Both the position numbers and the translations under genes were made by a program. Positions 31,138 through 41,235 of a stretch of DNA of 64,000 nt are shown here, piece after piece. This DNA comes from Dehalococcoidia bacterium (GTDB lineage: Bacteria; Chloroflexota; Dehalococcoidia; DSTF01; JACRBR01), in the NCBI GenBank assembly GCA_041494685.1, contig JBGQBE010000011.1, positions 1 through 64,000 of the forward strand. The letters run 5' to 3'. The notes beneath the pieces were generated by a model. The model did not search any database. It worked only from the letters and a program-made list of their open reading frames with translations, and was not told the origin of the DNA. Positions within the stretch are counted from its first letter, which is position 1, and every line of letters starts with the position of its first letter.

Positions 31138-32574
31138 CTACCCTGGACTGTCGCCCGATAACCCGCAGCGCCCGCAGCCGCCCTGCGTGCACCAGTCGCG
31201 CTGCAGCGCCAGCAGCCCCTGAGCACGCCGCGCGCCCACCGGCACCCGCAGCCCCTCCGACGCCAGCGCGTTTTCGATGAAGCGCGTCGCGCCGTAGACC
31301 GCCGGCCGCGGCAGCCGCGCAAACAACGCGCGCGCCCGCGCCGCGGCCGCGGCGTCGCCCGCCGCGCACGCCGCCGGCAGCAGCACGTTCACTACGATCT
31401 CCAGCGCCCGCGAGCGTCCGATCAGCGCCGGCGGCAGCCGGCACGGCCCGGCGCAGACGTCGTGGTGCGTGCGCCAGTAGCCGCCCGCCGTGACCAGCAG
31501 CGGCGCCACGGCCTCCGCCGTCGAGCCCGCGTCCGCCACCGACAGCAGCGCCGACGGCGCGCCCGCCCGGTCCAGCAGCGCCGCCGCAGCGGCGACGCGA
31601 CGCGCCGGGGCGTTCTCCGGCCGCACGCCCCACAGCTTCCACAGCCCTTGCGGCAGCGCGGGGAGCCGCGCCCGCGCGAAGACGCCCTCGCACTCGACGA
31701 CGTGGTCCTCCAGCGGCCCGCTGTGCCCGCGCTGCGACGGCAGCAGCCCCGCGCCGCCCAGCAGCAGCGCCTCGAAGACGGGCCCGCGCTCCGCCGCGCC
31801 GGCCGCCCCCGCCGCGTGACGCAGCAGCGTCCGCCAGGGCAGCAGCCGCGCCAGCGCCAGCATCGGCGGCGCGTTGCCGCCGTAGCCCAGCGCCTCCAGC
31901 AGCCCCTCGTACAGCGCCTGGTCGATGCCGGCGGCGCGGGCAGCCGCGCGCAGCCGCTCCGCCTTCGCGTCGAAGCGCCGGTCGCCCTCCGCGTCCAGCG
32001 CCGCGCCCGCGCCGTCGACGCCCATCCGCATCACGGCGTCGTGGCACGGCTCGCGCCAGAGCAGCGGCTGCGCCAGCCAGCGCCGCAGATCGTCGGCGCG
32101 GCGCGCCACCCACGGCGCCAGCGCCACCACCGGCGCGGTGCGCCCGCCGGGCAGCGGCGTGTCCTCGCCGGTGTCGTCCTCGAAGACCACGTGCAGGATC
32201 ACGTTGCGGTACGCCGGGTCAACTGCGTGCCCGTGCGCGCGGAACGACGACGACCGCACGTGCAGCTCCACGTCGCCGCGCAGCGGCACGCCCGACGGCC
32301 CGGCGATCACCGCGCCGCGGAAGTCCGGCCCCGGACCGCGCCCCTGCCGCCCCTGGAAGATCAGCCGCACCGGCACGCCGTGCCGCGTCACCAGCGCCCC
32401 GTCCGGGAAGCGCCGCCCGCGCCACAGCCGCGCGAGGTGCTCCTCGCTGAGCAACCTCGCGCCGGGCTGCTCTGCGGGGGCGGCCACGGCCGCCGCGTGC
32501 GGCACATCTGCGTCCGGCCGCTCTGCCATGACGACGGCCGCCGCGCGCGACACTCCCGCCTTGCCGGCGCTCAC
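31138..32574 (-). CDS. DUF2851-family protein
   Basis: GPDFRGA, GDVELHVRSS...HGHAVDPAYRNVILHVV, RPENAP, C-terminal CxxxxCxxC; GTGA overlap with the upstream HTH gene. Confidence 0.85.
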   Translation of the reverse strand: MSAGKAGVSRAAAVVMAERPDADVPHAAAVAAPAEQPGARLLSEEHLARLWRGRRFPDGALVTRHGVPVRLIFQGRQGRGPGPDFRGAVIAGPSGVPLRGDVELHVRSSSFRAHGHAVDPAYRNVILHVVFEDDTGEDTPLPGGRTAPVVALAPWVARRADDLRRWLAQPLLWREPCHDAVMRMGVDGAGAALDAEGDRRFDAKAERLRAAARAAGIDQALYEGLLEALGYGGNAPPMLALARLLPWRTLLRHAAGAAGAAERGPVFEALLLGGAGLLPSQRGHSGPLEDHVVECEGVFARARLPALPQGLWKLWGVRPENAPARRVAAAAALLDRAGAPSALLSVADAGSTAEAVAPLLVTAGGYWRTHHDVCAGPCRLPPALIGRSRALEIVVNVLLPAACAAGDAAAAARARALFARLPRPAVYGATRFIENALASEGLRVPVGARRAQGLLALQRDWCTQGGCGRCGLSGDSPG

Positions 32575-32804
32575 GGCTCGTCGCCGTCCGCGCCGCCGCT
32601 GTCGTAGGCGAAGCCCGCCTGCTCCGCCACCATCTGGAGCAGCCGGCCGCTGGCGCCGCGCGGCTGGTAGACGCCGGTCTCCCACTCGCTGACGGTCTGC
32701 TGGCGCACGCCCAGCAGCTCCGCCAGCTGGTCCTGCGTCAGCGCCATGTGCCGCCGCAGCCCCCGCACGGAGCCCGAATCCCAGCTCGCCCGCCGCTTCG
32801 CCAT
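32571..32804 (-). CDS. XRE-family helix-turn-helix regulator
   Basis: LTQDQLAELLGVRQQTVSEWETG. Confidence 0.88.
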   Translation of the reverse strand: MAKRRASWDSGSVRGLRRHMALTQDQLAELLGVRQQTVSEWETGVYQPRGASGRLLQMVAEQAGFAYDSGGADGDEP

Positions 32805-32811
32805 GCCCGCG

Positions 32812-32840
32812 ACGCTACACGGAACCGTGTACGATGTCAA
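32812..32840 (-). promoter_or_regulatory. Promoter of the XRE-DUF2851 operon with a palindromic operator
   Basis: Minus strand TTGACA, N17, TAGCGT, 7 nt before the ATG; TACACGG-AA-CCGTGTA at 32816-32831. Confidence 0.7.
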
Positions 32841-32865
32841 GCAGCCCGTTGCGAAACTCAACGAC

Positions 32866-33354
32866 TCAGAACGAGATGGTGACCTCGCCGGCAACCCCGT
32901 TGTAGGTAAAGACCCAATCCGCCAGCACGTCGCGGCCGATCAGGGCGATGATCGGATGCACTCCCGTACTCAGCCGGACGAATTGGCCGGTCAAATTCAC
33001 TCCCACAACAGAAGTAAACTCCCTGTCGATACCATCGCCGGGAAATTCCAGACGCGCTGGATACCGATTGTGCTGGACGGGGCCTGCCGCCGTGCCCGAG
33101 GTGATCGAGCCGATCGGATTGAGCCCAAGAGTTTGGAGGATCGCTTCATGCACGCAGGTATTCGTGGCACCTGTGTCGATCAGTGCCATCCCCGCTTGTG
33201 GAGCGGGGAGTGTGCCACCGGCGCTAGCAATCTGCTCCGCTAGCGCGGTCGGCACATGGATGAGCACGTTGAAGATGGGACCGCATTCTTGGAGAAACGC
33301 CGGGTGCGCGTTCCCGTCGTGATCCTTGAACGACCTACTTCGAGACGGAGCCAA
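32866..33354 (-). CDS. Retropepsin-like aspartyl protease
   Basis: ALIDTGA catalytic motif and LIGRDVL; start uncertain. Confidence 0.8.
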   Translation of the reverse strand: MAPSRSRSFKDHDGNAHPAFLQECGPIFNVLIHVPTALAEQIASAGGTLPAPQAGMALIDTGATNTCVHEAILQTLGLNPIGSITSGTAAGPVQHNRYPARLEFPGDGIDREFTSVVGVNLTGQFVRLSTGVHPIIALIGRDVLADWVFTYNGVAGEVTISF

Positions 33355-33607
33355 GGCCGATCCCTACGAATAGAACCGGCGCCTGCAACGGGGGCTCTTG
33401 CGCGCGGATCTCCCTGATGAGGAACGGCTTATTACCGATCTTACGCAGCCCAGTTTCGTATGCCTCCGCCTCCGTCGTGAAGGTTCCGACGATTTCGCGG
33501 CCTGACACCAACGCGAACTGCCCTTCGTGGTGCTGGAGCAGCAGTTCACGCTGAGACTCGAAATACTCGATCTCCGCTTGAAGGATCGGATCGGCTGTCA
33601 CTGGCAA
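33335..33607 (-). CDS. DUF5678-like small protein
   Basis: YFESQRELLLQHHEGQFALVSGREIVG...EAYETG pattern; AGGAGG RBS. Confidence 0.7.
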   Translation of the reverse strand: MPVTADPILQAEIEYFESQRELLLQHHEGQFALVSGREIVGTFTTEAEAYETGLRKIGNKPFLIREIRAQEPPLQAPVLFVGIGLGSVSK

Positions 33608-33854
33608 CGGTTCCTCCTGGGGGGCACGTTAGACCCTCTCATTGAGAGGGTCGGTAACTACGTCCCAGACTTGACGGTTCATGCGGCCCACCGTGGGTGG
33701 GCACCTAGGGACGATGGGCGACTGGGATAGGAGATCGCGTTCTCCCTTCGTCATGTCGAACCCGCGCTACGCGCCCCTTACCACCAGGTTCAAGAATAGT
33801 GCTATCAGAAGCGGGCTGTCAATTGCTAATTTCGTCACAAAGTTGACAACCGGG

Positions 33855-35022
33855 CTAGGCTAGGCATCTTCGCAGACTCGCCGAGTCCCGCATCAGAGCG
33901 GCAACGTTCATCGTTAACACACTGAGGGCCACGTGGAGCCACACCTTCGGCAATCGCCGCGTTCGGATGCTGTTCAGCTTCCGGTAGCCCTTGAGCCTGC
34001 TGAACACCCGCTCTACCGAGACTCGCTTGTTATAGACCGCCTTCCATTCCTTCGAACCGTACGGGAACGGGCTGTGCTTCTCGAAGTACCGGGCACCCAC
34101 GTCGCTCAAGGGGCCATCCGCGAACACCGGCAGGATCGGGCAGGTGCCGAACTCCGGGCACACCGCGTCGTAGGGCAGCCGGTTGCAGCGGTAGTGCAGG
34201 CCAGTGGACGTGATGACCGGCTCGGCCTCGCATGGGCGCGCCTCGCGCGCTCGGGTACTCGCTGGCCTTCGCACGTCGATAACCGGCACGGCCCCCAGGT
34301 CGTCGCCCACGAAGGCGAACAGGCGCTTGGCGTCGTAGCCCTTGTCAGCGGTCACGTAGGACGGCTGGAACCAGTTGAACCGGCTCCGAGCGTCACCTGA
34401 GTACAGGGGCGAGCATGTTGCCGTCGTAGGTGTTCGCCGCTGTCACGTCGAACCAGATCGGCAGTTCCGAGTCCGCGTCCACGGCGAGGTGGATCTTGTA
34501 GCCATACCAGAAATAGGTGCTCTGCTGGCCCTTCTTCTTCGCGCCCGTGCCGGCGTCGGGGTCCGTGTCCTGGTGGAAGCCATTCGCCCACGCCTTCACG
34601 TCGGTAGCGTCTACAGCGACCGTGTGGCCGAAGCCCGGCAGTTTGTCCCGTAGTTGGCCGACAGAGGCCATGAGCACGTCCGAGACGGCCCCGCGGAAGC
34701 CCGAGAGCTTGCGCCGGAACCGGCAGATGGCGAACTTGCTCGGCACGTCGTCAGGCGAGTGGATGCCGCAGGCAGCCGCCAGCAGTGGGTTGGATTCGAG
34801 AGCGCGTACAAGGTCGGTATCGTGGACGATGCCGAGGTAGAACGAGGCCACCAGCGAGCGCCAGACAACCGGGATGGCGTAGCCGGGGCGGCCGGTATGC
34901 CGCGTGGCTTCAAGTTCCGCCAGCAAGGCGGCATCTGGAAGCGCCTCGAACAGGGCCGTCAAATCGGCGAATGGACTCGTTCCACGCCCTTGCCGAGGCG
35001 TGGTAGGATTGGATGCTGGCAC
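33855..35022 (-). pseudogene. IS4/IS5-superfamily (IS1182/IS5-like) DDE transposase split by a one-base frameshift near 34395-34401
   Basis: ORF1 (35022-34393) has TGRPGY, VAVDAT and GYKIHLAVD; the +1 frame continues with ADKGYD and YNKRVSVERVFSRLK (YREK-like). Confidence 0.85.
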
Positions 35023-35091
35023 GGGAGCTGAACCTCCTGTGTTCGGAAGGTGCCCGGCGGAGTTGCCGCTCTACCGGGTACCGCTAATGCT

Positions 35092-35168
35092 TGGAGAGCC
35101 GGACGGGATTCGAACCCGCGAATGCGCCCTTGCAGGGGACGTGCCTTCGGCCACTTGGCTACCGGCTC
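35092..35168 (-). tRNA. tRNA-Cys-like gene with an aberrant anticodon arm (possible pseudo-tRNA)
   Basis: GAGCCGG/CCGGCTC acceptor stem, discriminator T plus CCA, TAGCCAAGTGG..AAGGCA D-arm, GCGGG-TTCGAAT-CCCGT T-arm, anticodon arm CGTCC-CCTGCAA-GGGCG. Confidence 0.75.
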
Positions 35169-35219
35169 TCGGAATCTGGGCGGAGGGGAAACACAGCCAC
35201 GTGGCCCCTCCGCCTCTTT

Positions 35220-35299
35220 ATTCTAGCACGTCGGAGATAAGAGTCAATAGCCTGTCGCCGCTTTTACACATTGACTTATCGGCGCGAGCGCGATAAGAT
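35220..35299. promoter_or_regulatory. Divergent promoter pair inside element 1
   Basis: Minus: TTGACT (35247-35242), N16, TAGAAT (35225-35220). Plus: TTGACT (35271-35276), N17, TAAGAT (35294-35299). Confidence 0.7.
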
Positions 35300-35322
35300 C
35301 ACGCAGTAAAGGAGGTGCGCTT

Positions 35323-36078
35323 GTGAATACCCCCAACCAACCCAAGCGAAAAAAGGGCCGCAGCCCAAGCTATCCCGGCATCGATCTCCAGGAGGCGCTT
35401 GGGCGGGCGCGGACGCTGTACAGCATCGAGCGGCGCAACCCGATCCCGGTCATGACAGCGCTCGCGCACTGGAGTTACAAGTCAGCCAGCGGCCCCGGGG
35501 CTGTGGTTCTGGCCGCCTTGAAGAAATTCGGCCTGTTGGATGACGAAGGGGCTGGACCGGGACGGCACGTAAAGCTCACCCCGCTGGCACTCCAGATCAT
35601 TCAGGACGAACGCGAAGAGTCGCCAGAGCGCGATAACGCGATTCGCAAGGCGGCACTGCTACCGACGATCCACAGTCAACTGTGGTCTGAATACAAGGGC
35701 GAGCTTCCGTCGGATGCCAATCTCAGATTCAAGCTTCTCCGCGAACGCTCGTTCACAGAGTCGGGGGCCGCTGAGTTCATTCCCCAGTTCCGACGAACAA
35801 TCGCCTTTGCAAACCTCTCAGAAGGTGATAGCCTATCGGAGGACTCTGGAGACAAGACCAACGAAGAGAGGCGAGGTGGCATGGGAGGCGCAGGGACTTT
35901 GCTCAAGACGCCGCCTTCGGCCCACACGGTCCAGATTCCGATCTCGCCCGCTGAGTGGGCCACACTCCAGGCCCCGTTCCCGCTGACTGAGGCGAAGTGG
36001 CGGCAAATGCTCGCGGTGCTAGCGGCCATGAAGCCCGCTCTCGTCCAAGACGGCACAGACGACGAAGCCCCCGAATAG
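35323..36078 (+). CDS. Hypothetical protein, probable winged-helix fold
   Basis: AAGGAGG RBS; LAALKKFGLLD...VKLTPLA wHTH-like segment; hairpin after the stop. Confidence 0.7.
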   Translation: MNTPNQPKRKKGRSPSYPGIDLQEALGRARTLYSIERRNPIPVMTALAHWSYKSASGPGAVVLAALKKFGLLDDEGAGPGRHVKLTPLALQIIQDEREESPERDNAIRKAALLPTIHSQLWSEYKGELPSDANLRFKLLRERSFTESGAAEFIPQFRRTIAFANLSEGDSLSEDSGDKTNEERRGGMGGAGTLLKTPPSAHTVQIPISPAEWATLQAPFPLTEAKWRQMLAVLAAMKPALVQDGTDDEAPE

Positions 36079-36087
36079 GGGGCTTTC
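36064..36087. terminator. Hairpin between convergent genes
   Basis: AAGCCCCC-GAATA-GGGGGCTT. Confidence 0.55.
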
Positions 36088-36089
36088 GC

Positions 36090-36296
36090 TTAGTTCTTGT
36101 CGCGCAGGAACGGGATGCGTGAGTGGAGCCAGGCAGTCAACCCAATGGCCGCTATTAGCCAGATCAGCGGGAGATATGGCGGCACACCTGGGTATGCCTG
36201 TCCTACTACTCCGGCAGCGAAGCCTAAGATGAAGAATGGCGCGATGAAGACTGCCGCCAACAAGACTACGAAGCGGAGAAACATCATCGGAGTCAT
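36090..36296 (-). CDS. Small two-TM membrane protein
   Basis: 68-aa hydrophobic ORF; TGG-TAGAAT lies 7 nt upstream of the ATG. Confidence 0.6.
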   Translation of the reverse strand: MTPMMFLRFVVLLAAVFIAPFFILGFAAGVVGQAYPGVPPYLPLIWLIAAIGLTAWLHSRIPFLRDKN

Positions 36297-36482
36297 CGGC
36301 GCGATTCTACCACGACTGCGCCCCGGAGTTTCGCAACGGGCTGCTTGTAGCCCGTTGCGAAACTCGAGAGTAGCCCCCTCGACTCCATGAGTCAATGCGC
36401 CGATTAGATATCTTCCTCCGCATTTCATGCCCAGTCATTAGGTTTCAAGATTCGAACGGACGTACCGGCTTGAATCTTGGGA

Positions 36483-36629
36483 TTGAAAGGCTATAGGAAG
36501 CTCAACGCGATCCGCACCCGCCGGTTGCCGAAGGTGTGGCTCCACGTGGCGCTGAGTGTTCTGACAATGAACACGGCTGCCGTTGTCGGCAGCCGCGAAG
36601 GGTTTAGCGTTAGACGGTGCGTGGCTTGA
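36483..36629 (+). pseudogene. 3' remnant of a related transposase
   Basis: Translates LKGYRKLNAIRTRRLPKVWLHVALSVLTMNTAA..., nearly identical to the C-terminus of the element 1 transposase. Confidence 0.88.
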
Positions 36630-36632
36630 GCT

Positions 36633-36917
36633 TCAACAGGGAACGAGCACTGGGACACTCATGGTGATGCCCGGCTTCGGTGCGTGAGGGCCCTCCTCCT
36701 CAACGTGCGCACCAATCCAAGCAAGGATGGCTTCTCTCACGTTTGCTGTCAGCTCGTCCAGTGTTTCGCCCTGAGAAACGCAACCTTCGAGGTCAAGAAC
36801 TTCGCCCCAATAGCCACCTTCCTCGGCGTCATGCACGCGGACGGTGAAGACCATCTCTACAACGGGGCCGTTCGCGCCCGTCGTGGGAGCGCCGAAGTTC
36901 CTGTTAAACAAGCGCAT
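36633..36917 (-). CDS. hicB: HicB-family antitoxin
   Basis: EEGGYWGEVLDLEGCVSQGETLDELTANVREAI. Confidence 0.85.
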   Translation of the reverse strand: MRLFNRNFGAPTTGANGPVVEMVFTVRVHDAEEGGYWGEVLDLEGCVSQGETLDELTANVREAILAWIGAHVEEEGPHAPKPGITMSVPVLVPC

Positions 36918-37122
36918 GGAACTCCTCCTCCGTCAATCCAGCCAGCTTAATTTGGTGGCGCAGCAAGCCGACCTTCAGCACGCCGGATGGCAACGAGATA
37001 AGCTTGCCATTCGGCATCTTCACGACTCGGTGGCTCCCTTTGCCCTTGCGTTCTGTGCCACCAGCGTTGACGAAGGCACGCACGGCTTCGTCTTGGCGAA
37101 CATCACGAAACGTGGGTGCCAG
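36904..37122 (-). CDS. hicA: HicA-family toxin (not in the ORF track; probable CTG start)
   Basis: Hand translation (M)APTFRDVRQDEAVRAFVNAGGTERKGKGSHRVVKMPNGKLISLPSGVLKVGLLRHQIKLAGLTEEEFHALV with GSH motif; overlaps the hicB start. Confidence 0.82.
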   Translation of the reverse strand: MAPTFRDVRQDEAVRAFVNAGGTERKGKGSHRVVKMPNGKLISLPSGVLKVGLLRHQIKLAGLTEEEFHALV

Positions 37123-37505
37123 CGGAGCACCTCACAGAGATAATCGGCGGGGATTGGTCAGATGGCAATGGGCTCCTTCCCTGAGGCCATCCAGGGTGTG
37201 TAAGCGATTGTACCACTTGACAACACAATGTATAGGGGATCTTCTGTAAGAAGCGGTCACAGCCTGAACCTGTGGGTTGACAACCCTGACGTTCACGTCA
37301 TTGTTTGGTGGAGTTTCGCAACGGGCTACAAGCAACGAGGCTGGGAGTTGGAAGGCGGAAGTGGGATGTCGGGGTGGCAGGGGACTGGAAATCGGGGATT
37401 GGACAACAATTCGGTGCCGTCTGCGCCTTATGTGTATCCGTCCGCGAGCGCAAGCCCCGACTCACGCGCCACCAGCATCCAACTTCCAATTTCCCGTCGC
37501 CACCC

Positions 37506-37532
37506 CTAGCACTCTCTCGTGTTGAGTGCTAA
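37506..37532 (+). promoter_or_regulatory. CIRCE element (HrcA operator)
   Basis: CTAGCACTC-N9-GAGTGCTAA upstream of groES. Confidence 0.93.
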
Positions 37533-37595
37533 GATGGCGTCGAAACCCAATCTGGCATGCAAGTTCAGACTCAAGACCACACAGGAGGTACCACA

Positions 37596-37982
37596 GTGGC
37601 CAAGGCCGCAGTCGCGTCGAAGAAGAAGAAGCACGCTCCCGCCAAGCCCGCCGCCCGCAATGGCAGCGCCCCCAAGGCGGCGAAGTCCGCTTCCACCAAG
37701 CTCGTCCCGCTGCACGACCGGATCGTCATCCGCCCCGTCGTGCAGGAGGAAGTCCTCGCCAGCGGCATCGTCATCCCGGACACCGCCCGCGAGAAGCCGC
37801 AGCAGGGCGTCGTCATCGCCGTCGGCCCCGGCCGCCTGGACGACGACGGCAAGCGCATCGCCATGGACGTCGAAGTCGGCGACCGCGTCCTCTACGCCAA
37901 GTACACCGGTCAGGAAGTGAAGATCGACCAGGAAGAGCTGATCGTCCTGTCCGAGAAGGACCTCCTGGCGAAGCTGGTGTAA
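37596..37982 (+). CDS. groES: Co-chaperonin GroES with a basic N-terminal extension
   Basis: GTG after [40 protein letters not shown]. Confidence 0.95.
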   Translation: MAKAAVASKKKKHAPAKPAARNGSAPKAAKSASTKLVPLHDRIVIRPVVQEEVLASGIVIPDTAREKPQQGVVIAVGPGRLDDDGKRIAMDVEVGDRVLYAKYTGQEVKIDQEELIVLSEKDLLAKLV

Positions 37983-37997
37983 CTGGTCGCCTGGTGA

Positions 37998-39725
<1,728 letters not shown>

Positions 39726-39757
39726 TCCGACAGGGCACAGGCCACGCCGCACATGAG

Positions 39758-39790
39758 AAGCGCCCCCGCCACCGGCGGGGGCGCTTTCTT
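39758..39790 (+). terminator. Rho-independent terminator
   Basis: AAGCGCCCCCGCC-ACC-GGCGGGGGCGCTT-TCTT. Confidence 0.85.
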
Positions 39791-39852
39791 CGTCCGCCGT
39801 CGTCCGCCCGCGCGCTTCCCGTTCTCCGCTCCCCCCGGTACGCTGGTGCGCG

Positions 39853-40578
39853 ATGAAGACCGTCGATCTCGTCATCCCCTGCTATAACGAGGAACGCATC
39901 CTCGCCGAGAGCGTCGAGAAGCTCCGCGCCTGGGCCGCCGCCAACCTCCCCTACCGCTGGCGCGTCGTCGTCGCCGACAACGCCTCCACCGACGGCACGC
40001 TCGCCGTCGCGCAGCGCCTGGCCGTCGCGCACCCGGACGACGTCGGCTGCATCCACCTCGACCGCAAAGGGCGCGGCCGCGCCCTCAAGAAGGCCTGGCT
40101 GGAGAGCCCGTCCGACGCCATGTGCTACATGGACGTCGACCTCTCCACCGACCTCGAGATGATCGTGCCGCTGCTCGCCGGCGTCCTCGACGAGGGTTAC
40201 GACGTCGCCTACGGCTCCCGCGTCTCGCGCGGCTCCGACATCGAGCGGTCGTGGAAGCGCGAGATCAACTCCCGCGGCTACATCGCCTTCATCAAGCTGC
40301 TCTTCTGGACGAAGTTCGCCGACGCCCAGTGCGGCTTCAAGGCGATGACGCGCGAGGCGGCGCAGCAGCTGCTGCCGCACGTCGAGGACGGCGAGTGGTT
40401 CTGGGACACGGAGCTGCTGATCATCGCCGAGAAGGGCGGCTACCGGCTGAAGGAAGTGCCGGTGCGCTGGGTGGAGGACCCCGACTCCCGCGTCAAGTTC
40501 CCCCAGGACGTCATCAAGATGGCGCGCCAGCTGATCAGGCTGCGCTTCCGAACGCTGCCGAAGCGGCCGGCGAGCTAG
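39853..40578 (+). CDS. GT2 glycosyltransferase (polyprenol-phosphate-sugar synthase-like)
   Basis: IPCYNEE, DNASTDGT, YMDVDLS, DAQCGFKA, WFWDTELL. Confidence 0.9.
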   Translation: MKTVDLVIPCYNEERILAESVEKLRAWAAANLPYRWRVVVADNASTDGTLAVAQRLAVAHPDDVGCIHLDRKGRGRALKKAWLESPSDAMCYMDVDLSTDLEMIVPLLAGVLDEGYDVAYGSRVSRGSDIERSWKREINSRGYIAFIKLLFWTKFADAQCGFKAMTREAAQQLLPHVEDGEWFWDTELLIIAEKGGYRLKEVPVRWVEDPDSRVKFPQDVIKMARQLIRLRFRTLPKRPAS

Positions 40579-40934
40579 ACCTCCACGTACACGTCGTCGC
40601 CTTCGACGCGCGTGCGGTACGACGGCTCGCCGCGCTTCAGGAAGCCCGGGAACGTCGCGTCCATCAGCGCCCGGTACCAGAGCGGCTTCGTCACCCAGCC
40701 GCAGAGGCCGCCGTCCGTCACGTCGTAGCGCGCGCCGTGGCCCTGGCACGTCACGATCGTGCCGTCAAGCTCTCCCTTGTGCAGCCGGTAGCGCAGGTGC
40801 GAGCAGCGGTCGCCGATGGCGTAGGCCTCGCCGTCGACGTTGGCGACGAGGATCTCCTTCCCCTTCGCCTTGACGCCCTTCATGGTGCCGGGCGGGATGT
40901 CGGAGAGCCGGGCGACGCGGACGAATTCGGGCAC
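40575..40934 (-). CDS. Rieske [2Fe-2S] ferredoxin
   Basis: CSH...CQGHG ligands; GTG at 40934 after GAGGGAGG. Confidence 0.88.
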   Translation of the reverse strand: MPEFVRVARLSDIPPGTMKGVKAKGKEILVANVDGEAYAIGDRCSHLRYRLHKGELDGTIVTCQGHGARYDVTDGGLCGWVTKPLWYRALMDATFPGFLKRGEPSYRTRVEGDDVYVEV

Positions 40935-41235
40935 GAGCGATCCTCCCTCAGGTTCCGTTCGGGCGCGATTGTACCCCAGCGCTCCGGCTGGCGCTACACC
41001 GCCCGCACTCACGTGCTTCGCGGCGGCCCGACATTGACAGTTGCGAATCCTCGCGCCGCTTCCGCGCACGTTGACCGATTCCCGCCGACGCCTGCGGTAG
41101 AATCCGCGGAGTAAGGGTGCCGGCTCCCCCGTCCTCCGGCGGAGCCGAGCGTGCCGCCGTGCCTCGCGCGCGGCGCGGCAGGCCGCGCGATCGTGTCGTT
41201 CTAGCCGCCCCGCGTGATCGCGAGGCGGCGGCAGG

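Larger units (their letters stand above)
32843..36342 (-). mobile_element. Element 1: 3500-bp IS-like element with passenger genes
   Basis: Perfect 17-bp TIRs AGCCCGTTGCGAAACTC (32843-32859) and GAGTTTCGCAACGGGCT (36326-36342) enclose a DDE transposase; lower GC than the host genes. Confidence 0.85.
36349..37327 (+). mobile_element. Element 2: 979-bp non-autonomous derivative carrying hicAB
   Basis: Same 17-bp TIRs at 36349-36365 and 37311-37327. Confidence 0.85.

Noticed and set aside
33628..33754. Short minus-strand ORF upstream of the DUF5678-like gene
   Set aside because: No recognisable motif; more likely a structured 5' UTR (GACCCTCTC hairpin)
35092..35168. tRNA as an integration (att) site, or as a +1 suppressor of the transposase frameshift
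   Set aside because: It lies inside the TIRs with no duplicated 3' end or integrase; the loop is 7 nt and does not match the codons at the frameshift
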